From the NCBI GenBank assembly GCA_964016885.1, contig OZ024748.1:27590001-27654000 (forward strand): a DNA stretch of 64,000 nt. The letters run 5' to 3'. The notes beneath the pieces were generated by a model. That model was given only the letters and a program-made list of their open reading frames with translations. It was not told the DNA's origin and did no database searches. This document shows positions 1 through 15,779 of the stretch, one piece after another. A program made the position numbers and the translations under genes. Numbering within the stretch: position 1 is the first letter of the stretch; every line of letters begins with the position of its first letter. The DNA comes from Eledone cirrhosa. Lineage: Eukaryota.

Positions 1-28
1 CCATCATCAGCAAACAGCACCGCCACCA

Positions 29-3000
29 CTATCTCACTATCAGACACCACCACCCTAACACCTCACTGTCAGACACCACCACCACCACTATCGCCACACT
101 GTGAGACACCACCACCACCAACACCCCACTATCAGACACCACCACCACTAACACCTTACAATCAGACACCACCACAACCACTAACACCTCACTATCAGAC
201 ACCACCACCACTAACACCTCACTATCAGACACCACCACCACTAACACCTCACTATCAGACACCACCACCACCACTATCACCTCACTGCCAGACACCACCA
301 CCACCACTATCACCTCACTGTCAGACACCACCACCACTAACACCTCACTATCAGACACCACCACCACTAACACCCCACTATCAGACACCACCACCACTAA
401 CACCTCACTATCAGACACCACCACCACTATCACCTCACTGTCAGACACTACCACCACTAACACCTCACTATCAGACACCACCACCACTAACACCTCACTA
501 TCAGACACCACCACCACCACTAACACCTCACTATCAGACACCACCACCACCACTAACACCTCACTGTCAGACACCACCTTCACTAACACCTCACTATCAG
601 ACACCACCACCACTAACACCTCACTATCAGACACCACCACCACTAACACCTCACTGTCAGACACAACCACCACCACTATCACCTCACTATCAGACACCAC
701 CACCACTAACAACTCACTGTCAGACACAATCACCACCACTATCACCTCACTATCAGACACCACCACCACTACTAACACCTCACTATCAGACACCACCACC
801 ACCACTAACACCTCACTATCAGACACCACCACCACTATCACCTCACTGTCAGACACCACCACCAATAACATCTCACTATCAGACACCACCACCACTAATA
901 CCTCACTGTCAGACACCACCACCACCACTATCACCTCACTGTCAGACACCACCACCACTAATACCTCACTGTCAGACACCACCACCACTACCACTATCAC
1001 CTCACTGTCAGACACCACCACCACTAATACCTCACTGTCAGACACCACCACCACCACTATCACCTCACTATCAGACACCACCACCACTAACACCTCACTG
1101 TCAGACACCACCACCACTAACACTTCACTATCAGACACCACCACCACTATCACCTCACTGTCAGACACCACCACCACCACTATCACCTCACTGTCAGACA
1201 CCACCACCACTAACACCTCACTATCAGACACCACCACCAATAACACCTCACTGTCAGACACCACCACCACTAACAGCTCACTGTCACACACCACCACCAA
1301 TAACACCTCACTGTCAGACACCACCACCACTAGCAGCTCACTGTCAGACACCACCACCACTAACACCTCACTATCAGACACCACCCCCACCACTAACACC
1401 TCACTGTCAGAGACCACCACCACTAACACCTCACTATCAGACACCACCACCACTAACACCTCACTATCAGACACCACCACCACTATCACCTCACTGTCAG
1501 ACACCACCACCACCACTAACACCTCACTGTCGGACACCACCACCACTAACACTTCACTATCAGACACCACCAACACTAACACCTCACTGTCAGACACCAC
1601 CACCACCTCACTGTCAGACAACACCACCACTAACACCTCACTATCAGACACCACCAGCACTAACACCTCACTATCAGACACACCACCACCACTATCACCT
1701 CACTGTCAGACACCACCACCACTAACACCTCACTATTAGATACCCCCACCACTAACACCTCACTATCAGACACACCACCACCACTATCACCTCACTGTCA
1801 GACACCACCACCACTAATACCTCACTGTCAGACACCACCACCACCACTAACACCTCACTGTCAGACACCACCACCACTAACACCTCACTGTCAGACACCA
1901 CCACCACTAACACCTCACTGTCAGACACCACCACCACTAACACCTCACTGTCAGACACCACCACCACTAATACCTCACTGTCATACACCACCACCAACAC
2001 TAACACCTCACTGTCAGACACCACCACCACTAACACCTCACTGTCAGACACCACCACCACTAACACCTCACTATTAGATACCCCCACCACTAACACCTCA
2101 CTATCAGACACACCACCACCACTATCACCTCACTGTCAGACACCACCACCACCACTATCACCTCACTGTCAGACACCACCACCACCACTAACACCTCACT
2201 ATTAGATACCCCCACCACTAACAACTCACTGTCAGAAACCACCACCACCACCACTATCACCTCACTGTCAGACACCACCACCACTAACACCTCACTATCA
2301 GACACCACCACCACCACTAATACTTCACTATCAGACACCACCACCACTAACATCTCACTATCAGACACCACCACCACTAATACCTCACTATCAGACACCA
2401 CCACCACCACTATCACCTCACTATCAGACACCACCACCACTAACACCTCACTATCAGACACCACCACCACTATCACCTCACTATCAGACACCACCACCAC
2501 TATCACCTCAGTATCAGACACCACCACCAATAACACCTCAATATCACAGACCACCAACACTAACACCTCACTATCAGACACCACCACCACCACCACTATC
2601 ACCTCACTATCAGACACCACGACCACTAACAGCTTGCTATCAGACACCACCACCACTAGAAACACCTGACTGTCATACACCACCACCACTATCACCTCAC
2701 TGTCAGACACCACCACAAATAACACCTCACTCTCAGACACCACCACCACAAACACCTGACTGTCATACACCACCACCAACACTAACACCTCACTGTCAGA
2801 CACCACCACCACTAACACCTCACTGTCAGACACCACCACCACTAACACCTCACTGTCAGACACCACCACCAACACTAACACCTCACTGTCAGACACCACA
2901 ACCACTAGCACATCACTGTCAGCCACCACCACCAATAACATCTCACTATCAGACACCACCACCACTAATACCTCACTGTCAGACACCACCACCACCACTA

Positions 3001-6000
3001 TCACCTCACTGTCAGACACCACCACCACTAATACCTCACTGTCAGACACCACCACCACTACCACTATCACCTCACTGTCAGACACCACCACCACTAATAC
3101 CTCACTGTCAGACACCACCACCACCACTATCACCTCACTATCAGACACCACCACCACTAACACCTCACTGTCAGACACCACCACCACTAACACTTCACTA
3201 TCAGACACCACCACCACTATCACCTCACTGTCAGACACCACCACCACCACTATCACCTCACTGTCAGACACCACCACCACTAACACCTCACTATCAGACA
3301 CCACCACCAATAACACCTCACTGTCAGACACCACCACCACTAACAGCTCACTGTCACACACCACCACCAATAACACCTCACTGTCAGACACCACCACCAC
3401 TAGCAGCTCACTGTCAGACACCACCACCACTAACACCTCACTATCAGACACCACCCCCACCACTAACACCTCACTGTCAGAGACCACCACCACTAACACC
3501 TCACTATCAGACACCACCACCACTAACACCTCACTATCAGACACCACCACCACTATCACCTCACTGTCAGACACCACCACCACCACTAACACCTCACTGT
3601 CGGACACCACCACCACTAACACTTCACTATCAGACACCACCAACACTAACACCTCACTGTCAGACACCACCACCACTGCTAACACCTCACTGTCAGACAC
3701 CACCACCACTATCACCTTACTGTCAGACACCACCACCACCACTAAGACCTCACTATCAGACACCACCACCACTATCACCTCACTATCAGACACCACCACC
3801 ACTATCACCTCACTGTCAGAGACGACCACCACGACTAACACCTCACTGTCAGACACCACCACCACTATCACCTCACTGTCAGACACCACCACCACCACTA
3901 AGACCTCACTATCAGACACCACCACCACTATCACCTCACTATCAGACACCACCACCACTATCACCTCACTGTCAGACACCACCACCACCACTAACACCTC
4001 ACTGTCAGACGCCACCACCACTATCGACTCACTATCAGACACCACCACCACCACTAACACCTCACTGTCAGACACCACCACCACTAACACCTCACTATCA
4101 GACACCACCACCACCACTATCACCTCACTATCAGACACCACGACCACTAACAGCTTACTATCAGACACCACCACCACTAGAAACACCTGACTGTCATACA
4201 CCACCACCACTAACACCTCACTGTCAGACACCACCACAACTAACACCTCACTGTCAGACACCACCACCACAAACACCTGACTGTCATACACCAACACCAC
4301 TATCACCTCACTGTCAGACGCCACCACCACTAACACCTCACTGTCAGACACCACCACCACTAACACCTCACTGTCAGACACCACCACCAACACTAACACC
4401 TCACTGTCAGACACCACCACCACTAGCACCTCACTGTCAGACACCACTAACACCTCACTGTCAGACACCACCACCACCTCACTGTCAGACAACACCACCA
4501 CTAACACCTCACTATCAGACACCACCAGCACTAACACCTCACTATCAGACACACCACCACCACTATCACCTCACTGTCAGACACCACCACCACTAACACC
4601 TCACTATTAGATACCCCCACCACTAACACCTCACTATCAGACACACCACCACCACTATCACCTCACTGTCAGACACCACCACCACTAATACCTCACTGTC
4701 AGACACCACCACCACCACTAACACCTCACTGTCAGACACCACCACCACTAACACCTCACTGTCAGACACCACCACCACTAACACCTCACTGTCAGACACC
4801 ACCAACACTAACACCTCACTGTCAGACACCACCACCACTAATACCTCACTGTCTTACACCACCACCAACACTAACACCTCACTGTCAGACACCACCACCA
4901 CTAACACCTCACTGTCAGACACCACCACCACTAACACCTCACTATTAGATACCCCCACCACTAACACCTCACTATCAGACACACCACCACCACTATCACC
5001 TCACTGTCAGACACCACCACCACCACTATCACCTCACTGTCAGACACCACCACCACCACTAACACCTCACTATTAGATACCCCCACCACTAACAACTCAC
5101 TGTCAGAAACCACCACCACCACCACTATCACCTCACTGTCAGACACCACCACCACTAACACCTCACTATCAGACACCACCACCACCACTAATAATTCACT
5201 ATCAGACACCACCACCACTAACATCTCACTATCAGACACCACCACCACTAATACCTCACTATCAGACACCACCACCACCACTATCACCTCACTATCAGAC
5301 ACCACCACCACTAACACCTCACTATCAGACACCACCACCACTATCACCTCACTATCAGACACCACCACCACTATCACCTCAGTATCAGACACCACCACCA
5401 ATAACACCTCAATATCACAGACCACCAACACTAACACCTCACTATCAGACACCACCACCACCACCACTATCACCTCACTATCAGACACCACGACCACTAA
5501 CAGCTTGCTATCAGACACCACCACCACTAGAAACACCTGACTGTCATACACCACCACCACTATCACCTCACTGTCAGACACCACCACAAATAACACCTCA
5601 CTCTCAGACACCACCACCACAAACACCTGACTGTCATACACCACCACCAACACTAACACCTCACTGTCAGACACCACCACCACTAACACCTCACTGTCAG
5701 ACACCACCACCACTAACACCTCACTGTCAGACACCACCACCAACACTAACACCTCACTGTCAGACACCACAACCACTAGCACCTCACTGTCAGACACCAC
5801 TAACACCTCACTGTCAGACACCACCACCACTAACACCTCACTGTCAGACACCACCACCACCTCACTGTCAGACAACGCCACCACTAACACATCACTATCA
5901 GACACCACCAGCACTAACACCTCACTATCAGACACACCACCACCACTATCACCTCAGTGTCAGACACCACCACCACTAACACCTCACTATCAGACACCAC

Positions 6001-9000
6001 CACCACCACTAATACTTCACTATCAGACCCCACCACCACTAATACCTCACTATCAGACACCACCACCACAACTAACACTTCACTGTCAGACACCACCACC
6101 ATCACTAACACTTCACTATCAGACACCACCACCACTAACACCTTACTATCAGACACCGCCACCACTAACATCTCACTATCAGACACCACCACCACTGACA
6201 CCTCACTATCAGACACCACCACCACCACTAACACTTCACTGTCAGACACCACCACGACTAACACCTCACTGTCAGACACCACCACCACTAACACCTCACT
6301 GTCAGACACCACCACCACTAACACTTCGCCATCAGACACCACCACCACTAACACCTCACTATCAGAGACCACCAACACTATCACCTCACTATCAGACACC
6401 ACCACCACTATCACCTCAGTATCAGACAGCACCACCACTATCACCTCAGTATCAGACACCACCACCATTAACACCTCACTATCAGAGACCACCAACACTA
6501 ACACCTCACTATCAGACACCACCACCACTATCACCTCACTGTCAGACCCCACCACCACCACTAACACCTCACTGTCATACACCACCACCACCACTATCAC
6601 CTAACTATCAGACACCAACACCACTAACACCTCACTGTCAGACACCAGCACCACTACTAACACCTCACTATCAGACACCACCACCACTAACATCTCACTA
6701 TCAGACACCACCACCACTAACACCTCACTATCAGACATCACCACCACTAACACCTCACTGTCAGACACCACCACCACTAACACCTCACTGTCAGACACCA
6801 CCATCACTATCACCTCACTATCAGACACCACCACCACCACTAACACCTCACTATCAGATACCACCACCACTAACACCTCACTGTCAAACACCACCACCAC
6901 CACCACTAACACCTCACTGTCAGACACCACCACCACTAACACCTCACTGTCAGACACCACCATCACTATCACCTCACTATCAGACACCACCACCACCACT
7001 AACACCTCACTATCAGATACTACCATCACTATCACCTCACTATCAGACACCACCACCACCACTAACACCTCACTATCAGATACCACCACCACTAACACCT
7101 CACTATCAGATACCACCACCACTAACACCTCACTGTCAGACACCACCACCACTAACACTTCACTGTCAGACACCACCACCACTAACACCTCACTATCAGA
7201 CACCACCACCACCACTAACACCTCACTATCAGACACCGCCACCACCACTAACACCTCACTCTCAGACACCCCCACCACTATCACCTCACTGTCAGACACC
7301 ACCACCACTATCACCTCACTGTCAGACACCACCACCACTAACACCTCACTGTCAGACACCACCACCACTAACACCTCACTATCAGACACCACCACCACTA
7401 TCACCTCACTGTTAGACACCACCACCACTATCACCTCACTGTCAGACACCACCCCCACCACTATCACCTCACTGCCAGACACCACCACCACTAACATTTC
7501 ACTATCAGACACCACCACCACCACTAACAAGTCACTATCAGACACCACCCCCACTAACACCTCACTGTCAGACACCACCATCACTATCACCTCACTATCA
7601 GACACCACCATCACTATCACCTTACTGTCAGACACCACCACCACCACTAACTCCTCACTATCAGTCACCGCCACCACTAAAACCTCACTATCAGACACCA
7701 CCACTACTAACATTTCACTATCAGACACCACCCCCACCACTATCACCTCACTGTCAGACACCAGCACCACTAACATTTCACTATCAGACACCACCACCAC
7801 CACTAAAACCTCACTGTCAGACACCACCACTACTTACATCTCACTATCAGACACCACCCCCACTAACACCTCACTGTCAGACACCACACCCACTAACACC
7901 TCACTATCAGACACCACCACCACTAACACCTCACTGTCAGACACCACCACCACCACTAACTCCTCACTATCAGTCACCGCCACCACTAAAACCTCACTAT
8001 CAGACACCAACACCATCACTAACACCTCACTATCAGACAGCACCCCCACTAACACCTCACTATCAGACAGCACCACCACTAACACCTCTCTGTGAGACAC
8101 CACCACCACTAACACCTCTCTATCAGACACCACCACCACCACTAACACCTCTCTGTGAGACAGCACCACCACTAACACCGCACTATCAGACAGCACCACC
8201 ACTAACTCCCCCACTGTCAGACACCACCACCACTATCACCTCACTGTCAGACGCCACCACCACAAACACCTCACTACCAGACAGCACCACCACCACTAAC
8301 ACCTCACTATCACACACCACCACCACTATCACCTCACTGTCAGACACCACCACCACTAACACCTCACTGTCAGACAGCACCACCACTAACACCTCACTAT
8401 CAGACACCACCACCACTAACACCTCACTGTCAGACACCACCACCACTAACACCTCACTATCAGACACCACCACCACTAACACCTCACTATCAGACACCAC
8501 CACCACTAACACCTCACTGTCAGACAGCACCACCACTAACACCTCACTATCAGACACCACCACCACTAACACCTCACTGTCAGACAGCACCACCACTAAC
8601 ACCTCACTATCAGACACCACCACCACTAACACCTCACTGTCAGACACCACCACCACTAACACCTCACTATCAGACACCACCACCACTAACACCTCACTAT
8701 CAGACACCACCACCACTAACACCTCACTGTCAGACAGCACCACCACTAACACCTCACTATCAGACACCACCACCACTAACACCTCACTGTCAGACACCAC
8801 CACCACTAACACCTCACTATCAGACACCACCACCACTAACACCTCACTATCAGACACCACCACCACTAACACCTCACTGTCAGACAGCACCACCACTAAC
8901 ACCTCACTGTCAGACAGCACCACCACTAACACCTCACTATCAGACACCACCACCACTAACACCTCACTATCAGACACCACCACCACTAACACCTCACTGT

Positions 9001-12000
9001 CAGACACCACCACCACTAACACCTCACTATCAGACACCACCACCACTAACACCTCACTATCAGACACCACCACCACTAACACCTCACTATCAGACACCAC
9101 CATCACTAACACCTCACTATCACACACCACCACCACCACTAACACCTCACAGTCAGACACCACCACCACCAACACCTCACTATCAGACACCACCACAACC
9201 ACTAACACCTCACTCTCAGACACCACCACCAGTAACACCTCACTATCAGACACCACCACCACTAACACCTCACTATCAGACACCACCACCACCACTAACA
9301 GCTCACTATCAGACACCACCACCACCACTAACACCTCACTATCAGACATCACCACAACCACTAACACCTCACTCTCAGACACCACCACCAGTAACACCTC
9401 ACTATCAGACACCACCACCACCACTAACACCTCACTATCAGACACCACCACAACCACTAACACCTCACTCTCAGACACCACCACCACTAACACCTCACTG
9501 TCAGACACCACCACCAGTAACACCTCACTATCAGACACCACCACCACTAACACCTCACTGACAGACACCACCACCACCACTAACACCTCACTGTCAGACA
9601 CCACCACCACTAACACCTCACTGTCAGACACCACCACCACTAACACCTCACTGTCAGACACCACCACCACTAACACCTCACTATCAGACACCACCGCCAC
9701 TAACACGTCACTGTCAGACACCACCACCACCACTAACACGTCACTGTCAGACACCACCACCACCACTAACACCTCACTGTCAGACACCACCACCACCACT
9801 AACACCTCACTATCAGACACCACCACCACCACTAACACCTCACTATCAGACACCACCACGACCACTAACACCTCACTATCAGACACCACCACGACAACTA
9901 ACACCTCACTGTCAGACACCACCACCACTAACACCTCACTATCAGACACCACCACGACCACTAACACCTCACTATCAGACACCACCACGACCACTAACAC
10001 CTCACTGTCAGACACCACCACCACTAACACTTCACTGTCAGACACCACCACCACCGCTAACACCTCACTGTCAGACACCACCACCACTAACACCACACTA
10101 TCATACACCACCACCCCTATCACCTCACTATCCGACACCACCAGCACTATCACCTCACTATCACACACCACCACCACTAACACCTCACTGTCAGACACCA
10201 CCACCACTAACACCTCACTATCACACACCACCACCACCACTAACACCTCACTGTCAGACACCACCACTAACACCTTACTATCACACACCACCACCACCAC
10301 TAACATCTCTCTGTCAGACACCACCACCACCACTAACACCTCACTATCAGACACCACCACCACCACTAACACCTCACTGTCAGACACCACCACCACCGCT
10401 AACACCTCACTATCAGACACCACCACCACTAACACCTCACCATCAGACACCGCCACCACCACTATCACCTCACTACCAGACACCACCACCACTAACACCT
10501 CACTGTCAGACACCACCACCACTAACACCTCACTCTCAGACACCACCACCACCACTAACACCTCACTATCAGACACCACCACCACCACCTCACTGTCAGA
10601 CACCACCACCACTATCACTTCACTGTCAGGCACCACTACCACTATCACCTCACTATCAGACACCACCACCACTAACACGTCACTATCAGACACCACCACC
10701 ACTAACACCTCACTATCTGACACCACCACCACCACTAACACCTCACTATCAGACACCACCACCAATAACACCTCACTATCAGACACCACCACCACTAACA
10801 CCTCACTGTCAGACACCACCCCCACCACTAACACCTCACTATCAGACACCACCACCCCCACTGACACCTAACTGTCAGACACCACCACCACTAACACCTC
10901 ACTGTCAGACGCCACTACCACTAACAGCTCACTGTCACACACCACCACCACCACTAACACCTCACTATCAGACACCACCACCACTAACACCTCACTGTCA
11001 GACACCACCCCCACCTCTAACACCTCACTATCAGACACCACCACCCCCACTGACACCTAACTGTCAGACACCACTAACACCTCACTGTCAGACGCCACCC
11101 CCACTGACACCTAACTGTCAGACAGCACCACCACTATTAACACCTCACTGTCAGACACCACCACCACTAACACTTCACTGTCAGACGCCACTACCACCAC
11201 TATCACCTCACTGTCACACACCACCACCACTAACAGCTCACTGTCACACACCACCACCACTAACACCTCACTATCAGACACCACCACCACTAACACCTCA
11301 CTATCACACACCACCACCACCACTAACACCTCACTATCAGACACCACCACCACTAACACCTCACTATCACACACCACCACCACCACCACTAACACCTCAC
11401 TATCAGACACCACCACCACTATCACCTCACTGTCAGACACCACCACCACTAACACCTCACTATCACACACCACCACCACCACTAACACCTCACTGTCAGA
11501 CACCACCACCACCACTAACTCCTCACTATCAGACACCACCACCACCACTAACATCTCACTGTCAGACACAACTACCACCACCACCTCACTATCAGACACC
11601 ACCACCACTAACATCTCACTATCAGACACCACCACCACTAACACCTCACTGTCAGACACAACCACCACTATCACCTCACTCTCAGACACCACCACTACTA
11701 CCACCTCACTGTCAGACACCACCACCACTAACACCTCACTGTCAGACACCACCACCACCACTAACACTTCACTGTCAGACACTACCACCACTAACATCTC
11801 ACTATCAGACACCACCACCACTAACACCTCACTGTCAGACACCACCAACATTAACACCTCACTGTCAGACACCACCACCACCAACACCTCACTGTCAGAC
11901 ACCACCACCACTAACACCTCACTATCAGACACCACCACTACTATCACCTCACTGTCAGACACCACCAACATTAACACCTCACTGTCAGACACCACCACCA

Positions 12001-14433
12001 CCACTAACACCTCACTGAGACACCACCACCACTAACACCTCACTGTCAGACACCACCACCACCACTAACACCTCACTATCAGACACCACCACCACTAACA
12101 CCTCACTGTCAGACACCACCACCACCACTAACACCTCACTGAGACACCACCACCACTAACACCTCACATTCAGACACCACCACTACTAACACCTCACTGT
12201 CAGACACCACCACCACTATCACCTCACTGTCAGACACCACCACCACTATCACCTCACTGTCAGACACCACCACCACTATCACCTCACTGTCAGACACCAC
12301 CACCACTAACACCTCACTGTCAGACACAACCACCACCACTAACACGTCACTGTCAGACACCACCACCACTAACACCTCACTATCAGACACCCCCACCACT
12401 ATCACCTTACTGTCAGACACCACCACCACTAACACCTCACTGTCAGACACCACCACCACTATCACCTTACTGTCAGACACAACCACCACCACTAACACCT
12501 CACTATCAGACACCCCCACCACTATCACCTCACTGTCAGACACCACCACCACCACTAACACCTCACTGTCAGACACCACCACCACTAACACCTCACTGTC
12601 AGACACCACCAACACTAACACCTCACTGTCAGACACCACCACCACTAACACCTCACTATCAGACACCACCACCACTAACACCTCACCATCAGACACCACC
12701 ACCACCACTAACACCTCACTGTCAGACACCACCACCACCACTAACACCTCACTGTCAGACACCACCACCACTAACACCTCACTATCAGACACCACCACCA
12801 CTAACCCCTCACTATCAGACACCACCACCACTAACACCTCACTGTCAGACACCACCACCACTAACACCTCACTATCAGACACCACCACCACTAACACCTC
12901 ACTGTCAGACACCACCACCACTAACACCTCACTATCAGACACCACCACCACTAACACCTCACTATCAGACACCACCACCACTAACACCTCACTGTCAGAC
13001 ACCACCACCACTAACACCTCACTGTCAGACACCACCAACACCACTAACACCTCACTGTCAGACACCACCACCACTAACCCCTCACTATCAGACACCACCA
13101 CCACCACTAACACCTCACTGTCAGACACCACCACCACCACTAACACCTCACTGTCAGACACCACCACCACTAACCCCTCACTATCAGACACCACCACCAC
13201 CACTAACACCTCACTATCAGACACCACCACCACTAACACCTCACTATCAGACACCACCACCACTAACACCTCACTATCAGACACCACCACCACTAACCCC
13301 TCACTATCAGACACCACCACCACCACTAACACCTCACTGTCAGACACCACCACCACCACTAACACCTCACTATCAGACACCACCACCACTAACCCCTCAC
13401 TATCAGACACCACCACCACCACTAACACCTCACTGTCAGACACCACCACCACCACTAACACCTCACTATCAGACACCACCACCACTAACCCCTCACTATC
13501 AGACACCACCACCACCACTAACACCTCACTGTCAGACACCACCACCACCACTAACACCTCACTGTCAGACACCACCACCACTAACCCCTCACTATCAGAC
13601 ACCACCACCACCACTAACACCTCACTGTCAGACACCACCACCACCACTAACACCTCACTATCAGACACCACCACCACTAACCCCTCACTATCAGACACCA
13701 CCACCACCACTAACCCCTCACTATCAGACACCACCACCACCACTAACACCTCACTGTCAGACACCACCACCACCACTAACACCTCACTATCAGACACCAC
13801 CACCACTAACACCTCACTGTCAGACACCACCACCACCACTAACACCTCACTATCAGACACCACCACCACTAACCCCTCACTATCAGACACCACCACCACC
13901 ACTAACACCTCACTGTCAGACACCACCACCACCACTAACACCTCACTATCAGACACCACCACCACTAACCCCTCACTATCAGACACCACCACCACCACTA
14001 ACACCTCACTGTCAGACACCACCACCACCACTAACACCTCACTATCAGACACCACCACCACCACTAACCCCTCACCATCAGACACCACCACCACCACTAA
14101 CCCCTCACCATCAGACACCACCACCACTAACCCCTCACTATCAGACACCACCACCACTAACCCCTCACTATCAGACACCACCACCACTAACACCTCACTA
14201 TCAGACACCACCACCACTAACACCTCACTATCAGACACCACCACCACTAACACCTCACTATCAGACACCACCACCACTAACACCTCACTATCAGACACCA
14301 CCACCACTAACACCTCACTATCAGACACCACCACCACTAACACCTCACTATCAGACACCACCACCACTAACACCTCACTATCAGACACCACCACCACTAA
14401 CACCTCACTATCAGACACCACCACCACTAACAC
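29..14433. repeat. Minisatellite array, 30/33-bp unit (CACT[A/G]TCAGAC(ACC)3-4ACTAACACCT), open at the window start
   Basis: Continuous tandem copies with variation mostly in ACC count. It accounts for all SDSEVLVVVV (-) and TSLSDTTTTN (+) ORFs. Confidence 0.98.
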
Positions 14434-14787
14434 CGCCTTCAGTCACCACCATCAACAACAACAATACCACTACCCCTACTACAAAACCACCATCACCTCC
14501 GACACTATCATCACTACCATCACCAATACCACCTTTACAATCACCACCACCAACACAATTAACCAACACCACCCTCACCGCCATCGTCACCACCACCACC
14601 TTCACTACCACCACCATCCCCTTCTTCAACACCAACACCACCATCATTATAACATCACCAGCACCATCAACACAACCATCACCAGCATCACCACTATGTT
14701 CGAGCCGTTAGTACAGCTGTTGTCTGCTGATAACTGTCTTCCTCTCCCTCCCTCCCTCACGACCACCCCCTCTACGTCACCCGTACT

Positions 14788-14825
<38 letters not shown>

Positions 14826-15340
14826 TCTTCGGTGAAACTCTAAGGTAAGATATAGACTCACACAGAATAAACACAAAGAAACATAAAAACCAAAGAATTC
14901 TCCCCCAAAACTGACAATATAGGAATATCTTATCGATTTCTTCCTCACCACATCTATAAACACCCTCTTTAATGATATATATACACTCGCTGTTTTATAG
15001 AGCGTAGTCATAGAAACTGTTTCAATAGTTGTTTTTGTTGTTTGTCGTTGTTATTGTTGTTGTCATTGTTGTTGTCATTGTTGTTGTCATTGTTGTCACT
15101 GTTCATTGTTTCATTGTTTGTTTTTGCACCTTAACTATATAAACATGTTACATTGCACAAATTATGTGTGTAATATATATACACACATACATACATACAT
15201 ACATACATACATACATTACATTTGCATGTATATATACGTAATATGTATAGATTATATTTATATATATGTATATAAATATATATGCGTGTACATGTGTGTA
15301 TACATATGTAGTAATATTTTGTGTAACATTTAAAAACGTG

Positions 15341-15387
<47 letters not shown>

Positions 15388-15504
15388 CTTTATGTTACTG
15401 TTTGTTCACATGAAAGGGGCGTCACACTTGAATAAACTTAATGTTGATAGTCACCTTGTTCCTATTTAATTTTAATTATATTCACAAATATACACACTGT
15501 ATAT

Positions 15505-15640
15505 GGCCTATTAGCAAAATTGTTTGACCGTACGATAAAACGCCTCACAGTATTTGCTCGGCTCTTTGCATTGCTAGTTCAAATCCCACCGGGATCAACT
15601 TTACCATGTAGGTCAATACTCATCCTTTTTTCCATTGAGA
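15505..15640 (+). mobile_element. Degenerate tRNA-derived SINE head
   Basis: TAGCAAAATTGTTTGA (A-box-like) ... AGTTCAAATCCC (B-box) ... GATCAACTTTACC, matching the other SINE copies. Confidence 0.6.
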
Positions 15641-15779
15641 GGGTTTTTTTTAAATCCCAACTAACAGACTAATTCTATTTAGTCAAATACGGCGTAAGCA
15701 CATGTTACTACCTAATATATATATATAAACTTCTTAGATATAATGAAAAAAGTGAAGTCGATATACCTTTGAAATCCTT

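Noticed and set aside
29-14433. Long poly-Val SDSEVLVVVV ORFs on the minus strand
   Set aside because: They follow from the repeat unit, are broken repeatedly and have no unique domain.
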